The notes beneath the pieces are model-generated. The model was not told the origin of the DNA and made no database searches. It saw nothing but the letters and a program-made list of their open reading frames with translations. Below are positions 26,763 through 36,500 of a DNA stretch of 64,000 nucleotides, piece by piece. How positions within the stretch are numbered: position 1 is the stretch's first letter; every line of letters starts with the position of its first letter. Origin of the DNA: a virus; UHGV virus genome UHGV-0180032; one strand, 5' to 3'. The position numbers and the translations under genes are program-made.

Positions 26763-27435
26763 ATTCTAATCCCATTTCCAGTGCAAGAGCACGGATCGTG
26801 TCGTAGTCACGCTGTTCAGCGTACTGACGAATTTCACGTTTCTGGGCAGACATCGCGTTGTGTAACTGTTGGTCACGCTTCACAATAGCCCCCATCAACG
26901 CTTTACATTGCTCCAGCGTAAACGGTTCTATACGTGTATTCGACGTGTCCAGCCAATAATCCGGTGCAGTTTCAGACTGGATATATTGGCCCAGCATCTG
27001 ACGAGAGGTTTCGTCAGCTTGGAAATGACGACCGTCAACTTCGATGTAGCCGTGACGCTGGTCTTCGTAACGGTGTTCAATTTCCAACATGATTTTCTGG
27101 ATATCTAAATAGATATAGCGAGACGTCGAACGCATATTCGAACGAATCTCATCCAGGTCAATCTCCAGAACGTCAGTAATGAATTCTTTTGCTTTATTCA
27201 GTGTAAACTTCGACTCGATAGGAGACATTTCGTAAGTTTGCATCTGGGCTAAAGCTTCTTCATCACTCATCCCTTCAATCAACTTGTAGTGCAGTAAAGC
27301 ACAGAACCCCGTACGTCCACGGACTTCGTTACCTACACGTTCCATGTAGTTACCGTGGCGGTCAATTGGGAGATCGTGAGCGAAATAACGCGCGCGAATC
27401 TCTTCCTTCGTTAAGCTTTTGTTAGAAGCAGACAT
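26761..27435 (-). CDS. hypothetical protein (224 aa), last gene of the radical-SAM operon
   Basis: Track ORF; co-oriented and overlapping with upstream gene. Confidence 0.55.
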   Translation of the reverse strand: MSASNKSLTKEEIRARYFAHDLPIDRHGNYMERVGNEVRGRTGFCALLHYKLIEGMSDEEALAQMQTYEMSPIESKFTLNKAKEFITDVLEIDLDEIRSNMRSTSRYIYLDIQKIMLEIEHRYEDQRHGYIEVDGRHFQADETSRQMLGQYIQSETAPDYWLDTSNTRIEPFTLEQCKALMGAIVKRDQQLHNAMSAQKREIRQYAEQRDYDTIRALALEMGLE

Positions 27436-27977
27436 TCTTCTTCTCCAACCATACCTAATTCTTGCAGCAAGCCAAAATCAATCAACTGGAAGGTTTCAGA
27501 GAGATCGTTTGACCACACCACGTTTGCAATGTCGCGTTCTTCATCCGTTAACTGCGGTAACACACTTTCGTTGAACGTCTGATGCTCTACGTAATACGCA
27601 TCGTAGATAGACGTGGAACGCAAACAACGGATGGGTAGACGCGGGAAAGACACCGCTAACGCAGCAATAGACGCGCTGCTCGGATTCTCCGCTGAATAAC
27701 GAAGCAGTTCGATTTTGTGGCGTGGGTAGTCCAGTACACGTTGTTCGAAACCCGGATTACGTTTTTCGATTTCCACAACGGACTCATGGCCTGTTTCTGT
27801 GCAGTAAACAGGAATCATCACGTTTAACCCGTACTTAATCAGCAGGGGTTTAATCTCATCTGTAAAGTCTTCACCAGGGATAATGGCGTGGACGTTATAG
27901 AGTTTGTGTTTACGCAGAAAACGCTCAACCAGGTGGAGTTTACGCTTCGTAAAATTGTGGATCAGAATTGATTTCAT
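27411..27977 (-). CDS. hypothetical protein
   Basis: Track ORF 27411..28001 trimmed to second ATG (27977) with gagg SD; overlaps end of radical-SAM gene. Confidence 0.5.
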   Translation of the reverse strand: MKSILIHNFTKRKLHLVERFLRKHKLYNVHAIIPGEDFTDEIKPLLIKYGLNVMIPVYCTETGHESVVEIEKRNPGFEQRVLDYPRHKIELLRYSAENPSSASIAALAVSFPRLPIRCLRSTSIYDAYYVEHQTFNESVLPQLTDEERDIANVVWSNDLSETFQLIDFGLLQELGMVGEEECLLLTKA

Positions 27978-29274
27978 TATTTGCCTCAGTAGGTTGTGCA
28001 TTTAACGCACGTTTAGCTTGCTCACGCTCACGCGTACATTTCGGACAGTAACAAACAGACGAATCGTGCAGTGACGACGCGTGGACGGTACCTGTACGTT
28101 GACGCCAGTATTCTGCTGCCATCAGTTTGGCGGTCGTCCAACCACATTGACGACGTTCAGCGTGGTACGCCTTACGGTCTTCCAGTGTCCCTTCACCGTT
28201 TTCGTAGGATGCGGCCGCACAGCTCCCACAACCGTGTTTCATCGGACAGCCTAAGCACGTTTCAGGATAGTTGGTGTATTGCGTCTGAATCTCTTCCAGC
28301 AGTTTCCCACCGTCTAAGCTAACAAACTCACGACCGACTAACTCAAACACCGCAGAACGTGACGTTACCGTTGACATAAACCGGTTACAACCGTACACCT
28401 TACGGTCAAAACCTAAGCAGGTCATAAACGTCAACGTCCCACAGAACGGACGTAAACGTTCAGGGTTATAACGGTGCGTGTCGTCGTACAGCAGTTTATC
28501 GCGCCAATCCGGGTCCCAAATCTGACGGAAATCCAGACCTTCAGGAATGATGTGGGACAACACGTTACGTGGGTTGGTGTGCAGTCCTTTCTCAATCCAA
28601 TAATCCATCACCTCGATCATCTGCAACGCAATATCCGTCGCCATGCTTCGTGGAAGAATATCTTCGTACGTCACGTTACCTGAAATCGTACCGCCACCGG
28701 CAATATCGATTAACGACTTCATACTCGCCGCGTAATGCGGTAAGGTTTCGGACGTAAAGGTTGCCTTAATACCCAGTTCGGCGATACCCACTTCTTTTAA
28801 GTAGTTATAGCCACGAACAGCGGCTTCGTAAGAACCCTGACGCGACGTGGTAAAGATACGATAGCGGTCATGGACTTCTGGCAACCCGTCGATAGAAACA
28901 CCGATGGAGAGTTTGTCTTTCCAACGCTCAACAATCTCACGGTTTAACGGACGGTCTAACAACGTCCCGTTCGTGGAGATACTGAACATATACGGGCGGT
29001 TATGCTCCTTACACAGCTGTTCTGCGGTTTCAAACGCCGCTAACAGCAGTTTCGGTTGCATAAAAGGTTCGCCGCCGATGATATCAATAATGACGTCGAT
29101 GTTCGGAATATCTTTGTCACGCTCAAAACAGGCGTGTAAGAAATCCACGATATCCGCCGCTTTGTTATTACGCGGATACTTACGTTCGTAACAATACTCA
29201 CAGTCTAAGTTACAAGACAGGTTCGTTACCACCTGGTAAGTACGTTGTGAACGTGGTGCTTCATTATTGCTCAT
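27940..29274 (-). CDS. radical SAM enzyme with C-terminal SPASM-type Cys cluster (peptide/protein maturase-like)
   Basis: CNLDCEYC (CxxxCxxC), IIGGEPFM SAM-binding motif, C-terminal CLGCPMKHGCGSCAA plus further Cys; 444 aa. Confidence 0.85.
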   Translation of the reverse strand: MSNNEAPRSQRTYQVVTNLSCNLDCEYCYERKYPRNNKAADIVDFLHACFERDKDIPNIDVIIDIIGGEPFMQPKLLLAAFETAEQLCKEHNRPYMFSISTNGTLLDRPLNREIVERWKDKLSIGVSIDGLPEVHDRYRIFTTSRQGSYEAAVRGYNYLKEVGIAELGIKATFTSETLPHYAASMKSLIDIAGGGTISGNVTYEDILPRSMATDIALQMIEVMDYWIEKGLHTNPRNVLSHIIPEGLDFRQIWDPDWRDKLLYDDTHRYNPERLRPFCGTLTFMTCLGFDRKVYGCNRFMSTVTSRSAVFELVGREFVSLDGGKLLEEIQTQYTNYPETCLGCPMKHGCGSCAAASYENGEGTLEDRKAYHAERRQCGWTTAKLMAAEYWRQRTGTVHASSLHDSSVCYCPKCTREREQAKRALNAQPTEANNEINSDPQFYEA

Positions 29275-30181
29275 CTTTGCTTATCCTTTTACGCTCTGCA
29301 TAAATCACGCGTTTAATGTACTCGTAAGCACCTACCCCGATAGAGCAAGCAAGCTGATTGCACCCACCCTTTAAGATAGCCGGTGCATTCTGAAGCTGAT
29401 GTTCTGTTCCATCTGCGTTCAAATACAACTCTTCGCTACAGACATTACACTCGTTTTCGAAAATCTTGCTGACAGACACACCGCACGATTCTCCAGTTTG
29501 GACGTTCAGCCGTTCCATATTCTCCTGAATCTTTAAATAACCATAAACGAAGTTCATGATGTGATCGGGAGACAACGGTTTTGGCATTTGGGCATCAAAC
29601 ATCAGAGAGAACGCACGGGGACGATAGTGGTACATTGCACGATGCAGTTCCACAATATCTTCATACCAGCGCTTATCGGCTAACTGGTCACGCGTAATCA
29701 CAGCCCAGGTTTGGAAGTTATCGAGTTCGTATAACGCTTCCAGTGCTTCGTGGCTATCCTCTTCAATAAAGCGTATAAAAGGACGCTCAGAACGCTTGTA
29801 GCCATCAATTGATACAAACACATGCTCAAAGTCTTTTAGCAGCGTAAGATGCGATTTACGCAGCTTTAATCCGTTGGTATACAAGTGATGCTCAAGATGC
29901 GGATGAGACACTTTCAATTCGTTAACGAAATCCTCAATCTTACGTTGGACGAGTAGCGGTTCTCCACCGGTCCAATGTATTTCCTTAATAGCTGGATTCT
30001 CTTGTAGTAATTCCAGGATACGTTCGCGTTGAAAAGCACGAGACGAATCTTCACGATTCATGTAGTAGGCTCCACCGCAGAAACTACAGTCTAGGTTACA
30101 CTTAGACGTCGTAACTACGGACAATATAGTGGGTTTATCGTACAACTTCGTCGAGATCCTGGATTCCACATTGTCTATCAT
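29264..30181 (-). CDS. radical SAM enzyme (second, shorter) with C-terminal auxiliary Cys motifs
   Basis: CNLDCSFC, HWTGGEPLL, C-terminal CNVCSEE...GGCNQLACS; 305 aa; stop overlaps start of 27940..29274. Confidence 0.8.
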   Translation of the reverse strand: MIDNVESRISTKLYDKPTILSVVTTSKCNLDCSFCGGAYYMNREDSSRAFQRERILELLQENPAIKEIHWTGGEPLLVQRKIEDFVNELKVSHPHLEHHLYTNGLKLRKSHLTLLKDFEHVFVSIDGYKRSERPFIRFIEEDSHEALEALYELDNFQTWAVITRDQLADKRWYEDIVELHRAMYHYRPRAFSLMFDAQMPKPLSPDHIMNFVYGYLKIQENMERLNVQTGESCGVSVSKIFENECNVCSEELYLNADGTEHQLQNAPAILKGGCNQLACSIGVGAYEYIKRVIYAERKRISKDEQ

Positions 30182-30201
30182 TGCAGGTTGCTCCAGTATT
30201 T

Positions 30202-31089
30202 TTAAATATAATCGATGGCGAATAAAGGATCTTCGTCGAAGTTAACACCGGGTTTTAAAATCAGTGGTGAATTATACGCTTCCAGTAAACGGTTAAGTTC
30301 GTTGTAGCGGCTATTCATCCGTTTGAGGTCTTCTAAGGTTACAACACGGTCCAGCATCGGCTTAACCGCTTCGGCTTCTTCGTCAGTCAGCTTAACTTTC
30401 GACAGCAAGAAACTAACGAGTTTGGAAATGTCCGCTTCGGTAGCTGGGCTCTGACCAAAACGTACCTGAACCATATGCTGCATCCACGGTTTACGAATGC
30501 GTTTCGTAATTACGTGTTCGTCAGTAATGGCTTTCCAAACCGAACGTTCACGAATCCATTCAAACTTATAGCTGTAAGCCATTAAGTCAGCCAAATGCGT
30601 AATTCCGAGTTCTTGATAACCTTCAATATCGATATACGGTTCCGTATCGAAATACTCTTTGGTATCCTTCTCGACCAACGCGTAGTAGTTAGGGAATGCA
30701 CCCAGGTAGTCTGGACTCCACCAACGACGCGCCATCGGTTTAGCATCGAGTTCTTCAAACGGTGTGAACATAAGTTCTAAGTCAACTGTATTATTTAACA
30801 CACCGTCGCTAAAGAAATATTTACCATCGATAAGTTTACCGCGTTGTGAGTTGTCACCGGTAAAGACAACGATGCTTTCGCCAACCATGTCACGAATTTT
30901 GAACGTATTCTCAACCGTAAAGTTGTCACGATTAGCGATATGACGACCACGCACTTTCGGCCATTCCCCAGGAATCATGGCAATTAAGCGTACATCATCA
31001 GCAAGATGGTGACGTACCGAATCAGGGGAAGAGATGTGAAGTGGATGATTGAACGTTGTCGTATATGCAAGATGTAGATCGTTCTTCAT
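30202..31089 (-). CDS. hypothetical protein (295 aa) between precursor-like ORFs and radical SAM genes
   Basis: Track ORF; no recognisable motif. Confidence 0.6.
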   Translation of the reverse strand: MKNDLHLAYTTTFNHPLHISSPDSVRHHLADDVRLIAMIPGEWPKVRGRHIANRDNFTVENTFKIRDMVGESIVVFTGDNSQRGKLIDGKYFFSDGVLNNTVDLELMFTPFEELDAKPMARRWWSPDYLGAFPNYYALVEKDTKEYFDTEPYIDIEGYQELGITHLADLMAYSYKFEWIRERSVWKAITDEHVITKRIRKPWMQHMVQVRFGQSPATEADISKLVSFLLSKVKLTDEEAEAVKPMLDRVVTLEDLKRMNSRYNELNRLLEAYNSPLILKPGVNFDEDPLFAIDYI

Positions 31090-31238
31090 TGATTACTCCA
31101 ATTAATTCACGGTCAAACGGACGTTCAGGGTATAGAACCCACCCCGCCATTGTCTGCCGGTAACTTGAAACTCAGCAGTAAACCCATTCGATTTACTCGA
31201 TTGTTGTGTAATAGCCGTGCTACCACCGGAGGGTTTAT

Positions 31239-31445
31239 TTACCTTCCCCCCGCTCCTTTACTACAGCTACCACTGCACGCCCAGCTACAACTACCGTTAC
31301 AGTTATAGTGAGTTAACGGTAATCCCGCCAGGTTATTCGTTGAGGACACCGTACCTTGGTTAGCGATGTAGTTATTCGCGTCTGTGGTTTTAATGTAACC
31401 TTCAACCTGACCGACTCTGTCTCGAATATTTTTGAGGGAAATCAC
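31239..31445 (-). CDS. Cys-rich precursor-like peptide 1 (68 aa)
   Basis: GTG start after aggaggtga SD; N-terminal leader-like region MISLKNIRDRV...; C-terminal NCNGSCSWACSGSCSKGAGGR. Confidence 0.6.
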   Translation of the reverse strand: MISLKNIRDRVGQVEGYIKTTDANNYIANQGTVSSTNNLAGLPLTHYNCNGSCSWACSGSCSKGAGGR

Positions 31446-31455
31446 TTCTCACCTC

Positions 31456-31851
31456 CTATCGTCCTGTACACGACGAGCAGCCACCCGTACAGCTACTGGA
31501 GCACGATGCTGTACAGCCGCCCGTACAAGTGCCCGAACACGCATTAGCGCACCCACCCGAACAACTCCCCGAACATCCTGAACAACTACTGGAACACCCT
31601 GACGTGCAGTTTGCAGAGCATGAAGAACCACAACCACCAGACGCGTTCCCTGTACAACCACCAGAGCAACTCGAGCAGGTAAAGGAACACGTGCCCGCAC
31701 AATCATAATGCGCACGATTCCGACCACCGAACAGGTCCGCGTTATTCGTGGCCTTATTGCGGATGTAGTTCTGTACACCTGTGGTGTTTTTCAGCGCGAT
31801 ACTATCGACGTTATTAAGACGTCTTACTAATTCAGCTAATCCGACTGCCAT
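31456..31851 (-). CDS. Cys-rich precursor-like protein 2 (131 aa)
   Basis: SD ggggga; leader-like MAVGLAELVRRLNNVD...; long core with Cys every 3-4 residues ending CTGR; alternative-frame ORFs over the same DNA judged spurious. Confidence 0.65.
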   Translation of the reverse strand: MAVGLAELVRRLNNVDSIALKNTTGVQNYIRNKATNNADLFGGRNRAHYDCAGTCSFTCSSCSGGCTGNASGGCGSSCSANCTSGCSSSCSGCSGSCSGGCANACSGTCTGGCTASCSSSCTGGCSSCTGR

Positions 31852-31860
31852 TTCTTCCCC

Positions 31861-32253
31861 CTATCGTCCAGAGCATCCGCCGGAGCAAGCACCCGAACAG
31901 TTATGCGAACAACGCCCAGTACAACTTCCGGTACAGGTACTTGTACAACTGCTAGAACAGGCCCCCGAGCAACCGGAGCATCCTGAACAGTTGCCCCCAC
32001 AGGACGAAGAACAGCTACCCACGCACGACGCTGAACAGTTTCCTGAACAGCTCGAGCAACCGTGAGTACATCCGTTAGAACATGTCCACGAACACGCTCC
32101 CCCGCAGTCTAAACGCGAAGGCGTCCAACCGGAAAACGAATCTGCTGCGTTATGCGCTTTCGATGCGACCTGCGCATTGACACGAGGGCCGGTAGCGACT
32201 GTATTTTCTACCGTTGTTAACCGATCGCGCATTTGTTTAACACTAATCGCCAT
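31861..32253 (-). CDS. Cys-rich precursor-like protein 3 (130 aa)
   Basis: SD aaggaag; leader-like MAISVKQMRDRLTTVEN...; Cys-periodic core ending CSGR. Confidence 0.65.
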   Translation of the reverse strand: MAISVKQMRDRLTTVENTVATGPRVNAQVASKAHNAADSFSGWTPSRLDCGGACSWTCSNGCTHGCSSCSGNCSASCVGSCSSSCGGNCSGCSGCSGACSSSCTSTCTGSCTGRCSHNCSGACSGGCSGR

Positions 32254-32318
32254 TACGCTTCCTTAAAATTAAAATAGAGGAGGAACCAGCCATAAGCATA
32301 GTTCCTCCTGTAATTAAA

Positions 32319-33524
32319 TTATTTCGTACCCGCTTCCGCCTGTACGTCATCACGAGACGTCAGGTTAGCGTTAACGTGTACAGCGGCCTGAACCACACCA
32401 CCGTATCTCTTGTGGAGATAACCGCTGTGCGGGTTATCTGCCGCGATGTGGTTTTGTAGGTTCTGGTTCGCTTGACTGATTGCGTTCGTGTTATTGTTAA
32501 CCTGCTGTTTAAGCGCATCCAGGTTCTGTTGTACCTGATCGATTTTCTGATCGGTTTCTTGACCCTGTTGCTCTAACGCGGCAACACGCTGAATAACCTG
32601 ATTCAGTTTTGTGTTTAAATCGTTGATGCTCTTTTGCAGTTGTAACACTAACGAGTTCAGGTTCGCTAACGCTAAAGCCATTTTCTGGTAGTTTTGAGCA
32701 ACCACGTTAAGTTGGTCGTTCCACGCTTCCAGAGAGTTGACAACAGCGTCAATACGTTTACCTAAAGCTTCGTCTGCTTTCTTCAGTGCATTGATTTCCG
32801 TAATCGTTGCATCGATAGCAGACTGGACGTCACGAATAAGCGCACGGATTTCCGTTTCTGTTAACCCGTTAACCTGATGGATATCAAGATGGTGAACGTT
32901 ACCGGTTGCGTTGATGTGCGCATTTAAAGCGTCTAAGAAGTCATTTTTCAGGCTTTCTAAAATCGCTTTAATGTTCTCTAACTGTACCGCGTCACCGGAA
33001 CTGATCGCGTCTTTAATCCCCGCCAATACGGTGATGATATATTCAAAACCGTAGATGTCACCCACGTCTTTATACGTCGGTGCAGACGGGAATGTATCCG
33101 GTACGTTACGCAAGTCTTTAAACGCAATCGTACGGTTATCGAGGTTTAACTCAGCAATCGCCTGTTCGATAGCCACAATGTTCGCAGACTGTGGACCACC
33201 AACGACCTGCGCAGATACCGTAATATCTGTTGGAATCGCTGTGTTAGTGACCACCACCGCCATAACAATCTCGCGGTTTTTAGTCAGCTTTTCATAAGTC
33301 GGGTGTGCAAAAATCAACTCATAATCGGTACCACGTTCGTAGGTTGCATCCGGTCGGTTAGCAACGCGTAAACGGAACGTGTCCGCAAAGAACGGACCAT
33401 CAGGAAAAGCAAAAGCACGGTTTACTTTACCTGTACCTAACGTAATCTGACGCTCCACAGCGTTAGACGTTAGCGTGCCCGTTAAATCTAAAGGATATTG
33501 ATAAACAATGGAGGCCATGGCCAC
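32319..33524 (-). CDS. fibre-like coiled-coil protein (401 aa) sharing the N-terminal module of the giant proteins
   Basis: N-terminal FPDGPFFADTFRL...GTDYEL; long Gln/Asn/Leu-rich coiled-coil segment. Confidence 0.65.
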   Translation of the reverse strand: MAMASIVYQYPLDLTGTLTSNAVERQITLGTGKVNRAFAFPDGPFFADTFRLRVANRPDATYERGTDYELIFAHPTYEKLTKNREIVMAVVVTNTAIPTDITVSAQVVGGPQSANIVAIEQAIAELNLDNRTIAFKDLRNVPDTFPSAPTYKDVGDIYGFEYIITVLAGIKDAISSGDAVQLENIKAILESLKNDFLDALNAHINATGNVHHLDIHQVNGLTETEIRALIRDVQSAIDATITEINALKKADEALGKRIDAVVNSLEAWNDQLNVVAQNYQKMALALANLNSLVLQLQKSINDLNTKLNQVIQRVAALEQQGQETDQKIDQVQQNLDALKQQVNNNTNAISQANQNLQNHIAADNPHSGYLHKRYGGVVQAAVHVNANLTSRDDVQAEAGTK

Positions 33525-33558
33525 TCTCCTTTATTCGAGACGTCCTTGTCCCGAGTCA

Positions 33559-36500
33559 TTAAGATGTAAACATAAGATTGAACTGGAGTTTGTCGATATC
33601 GCGAGTTTCTGCCGGATTCACGGCATCGTACGCGGTCGCTACGTAAACGGTTAGCGTACCGTTCGCGTAAGACGATTTCACCGGTGGGTTAGTTCCGGAC
33701 TGACCATCTCGCACAATGAGTGTAGGTTCACTTGGGAGATTGTCAAACTGACCCTTAACCGCTTTATATACCAAACCCGATTGCGCAGCCAGTTCAGTGT
33801 CCGTAAAGACAAAGAACGGTGTGTCGATATCAGCCTGTTTGATTGTAGTACCAGACTCGACGTCAATCAACTGTACCGCCCCAAACTTCGTACGATAACT
33901 TCCATACTCGTTCTTCGGAATAACGAACGTGACATGAACACGAACCTCCTCGGCGGGTTTAAACCCACTGTGCTCTTTTTCCAGGTACTGGTTGGCGGTT
34001 AACGTTACCGTTTGTTCAGTCATCGTACCACCGGCCTGGTTTATTGCATACCGAGCTTCAACAATACCGGTTGGTGCAGCAAGTCGCAGTTTCAGAGCAC
34101 GATTCGCCGTTCCTGGATTACCTGGCACCTGAACGCGCAAACTCAATGTTAGGTAAGCATTCGTTCCGGTAGTCGGTTTCGTATACGCACCAATCCATTT
34201 CATGTTCGCAGACGCTGCCTGCGTGTTCTCAGAAGCAGTGGCTGTCGCAATGTTAGCAGCTACCGCTTTCTGCCAGAATTGGTCAGCGCAGTTCTCATAC
34301 GCTACCCTGGCCACGCTCTTATAACCCGAATACGTTTCCTGAATTGGTAACTTAGGACGCGTCGTAATGCCAGACAGTGAACCCCATTTCTGACCGTCAA
34401 CATACCCTTCACCTTTTGACGCAGACGCCGTAGGTGCTTTAACAGGCTTGTTAACCAGCGTTAATAGAGGACCCGTCTTTCTGTCAAACGCTGCTGCAAC
34501 ATCATGTTGGTCGATAATCGCTGCGTGGTCTTCCAGTTCTTTCACACGGCCCAAGCGTTTTACTTTGTCGATACGGATATCCGTAATACGGTTGGAATCA
34601 GTGGTTACTGTCCCGACGAACAGTCTCGTTGAAGTATCAGCTAACTGCTCCAAACCGATACGGTATTGCGCAGTAGAACCCGACACCTCAGCGTGCACGT
34701 AGAACGTCTGGTTAGCGTGGTTAGACGGGAATTCGCTGCTTAAGTCCACAGACCACGTTGGGAGCGTGTAACTGCTGCTACCGAAGTCTAATTTGACTTC
34801 TTCCGTCAAATATAGAATCCAGCCTTCTGCTGTCTCCACACCGGCAATAATAACAGCCTGACCTTCGGTTGAGAACGTCGTGTCGTTAACAAACTCTGCG
34901 GCTGTATACGCGTTACCTGAACAGAAAACACGGTCAGCTTTAGAGTAAATCAACGCCATCTTGTCCCAATCACCGGCACCCATAAAGCAGCCTGATTCTG
35001 GTCTATGTGCAGGGGCCATCTGTCGTAACTGTGATTTACCTGCAACGCGTGTCCAACCTGAACCAGGGTCGAAGGTATATTTCGCAGCGTAGCCCAGGGC
35101 GTTTAAGTCCCCGATATTTCGGGTAGTTAACGTATAAGGTAGCCAGATACCGAAGTTAGTTCCATCCACAGATGCAAAAATAGGCTGTCCCACGCGCCGC
35201 GTTTTACCACCCCCTTCTTCCCTCAAAGACTGATAACTTAAACCATAATCGAGGTCTAAGAACCAGTCCACCAACTTAAAGGTAGCGGAGTTGAAACGTA
35301 AGTAGCCGTTCTCTTTAGATGGGCTCACCATGAAGTAATAGATGTCCAGAATTCGACGTCCGTTACTTGAGGTTTTCATGCACGAAACTTGCAACAAGTC
35401 AAATTCGCACACGGTGTTGATACCCAACATCCAAAGAGCAAACAATGCATTACCGGTTTGATGGGCAGCACTAATACGTTCGTTCGCGTATCCGTTCGCT
35501 TCACCGGAAGGCGCACCGTCGACGATCATCCGAATCATTTTCTGCCGATCGGCTTCTTCTAACGTTAAACGTTCGGAGGACAACGCGAAATTACCGTAGA
35601 TGTTGCGATACGGGAACGTTTCTGCTTTGGTCAAATACCAACCGTTTAACTGTCCATGACGCTCCTCAGGGATCATACACGCAGCCATACAGCTAAGCTG
35701 CTCGTAAAGCGTCGCATCAACTTCACGACGGTTGTTGTTCGGACCGTACCCACTATACCCAGAAACATCGTAAGGTTTGTTCGGATCAACTTCCACTTCG
35801 ATCGTGTAACGGTTACGAGGGTTCGATAACCAGACCTTATTCGAACCACCAATCCCTACTGGATAAGACAAACCGATGGTGTAAATGGAGCCACGGCCTT
35901 TATCCCAGGTAAACGTTCCTTCGCCCGAGGTGTTGTTTGGGTTATCGTAACGCAGATAATCGAAAAGCTCTCTGCCTTGTGTACTCTTAATAGAAACATT
36001 AGGCATTTGGTCCGCATCGGCAATTTGCCAACAGGAAAGCATCATTCCTGTACCGTTGGGTTTAGCATACGTCGCGAAACAACGGTTGTTTGCCTGGCCA
36101 CCACCCCACTTACGATTGGTTCCTACAGTTGAACCATCTGCGAACGAGAGTGTAGTAGTAGCATCAGCCTTGATGGGGAAGCGTTCGCGGCCTTCTAACG
36201 TAACCTTGCCCGTCAACGTATCGATTGTAAAACTTGTTGCCCATTGAAGGAAATTAATCGTCGTACCGTCGGCCGCTGCAAACCACACGGTAGGCATATG
36301 GTTCACACGAATCACGCTATCGCGCACAGCACACGCGTGGTTACATTCTGGACCGTGAACAAAGTTACGCCCGATCGTCCATTTAGCACGACCCTCCGGT
36401 GTGAGATATGTAAAGAATTGACCCGTTTGCGACTCTTCGGTTTTCTGACCAATACGCAAGCAGAGGTTATCTCCGAATTGTCCCATCTCGCCGGTTAGAG

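Noticed and set aside
31449-32065. Alternative-frame ORFs across the Cys-rich gene repeats (31449..31778 minus, 31781..32065 plus)
   Set aside because: Arg/Val- or Gln/Pro-rich translations are artefacts of reading GC-rich Cys/Ser/Gly codon repeats out of frame; the frames with leader-like N-termini and SD sites were kept.
31239-32253. CRISPR array or DNA tandem repeat at the Cys-rich locus
   Set aside because: The repetition is codon-level (TGC/AGC/GGC-type) inside coding sequence, without regular direct repeats and spacers.
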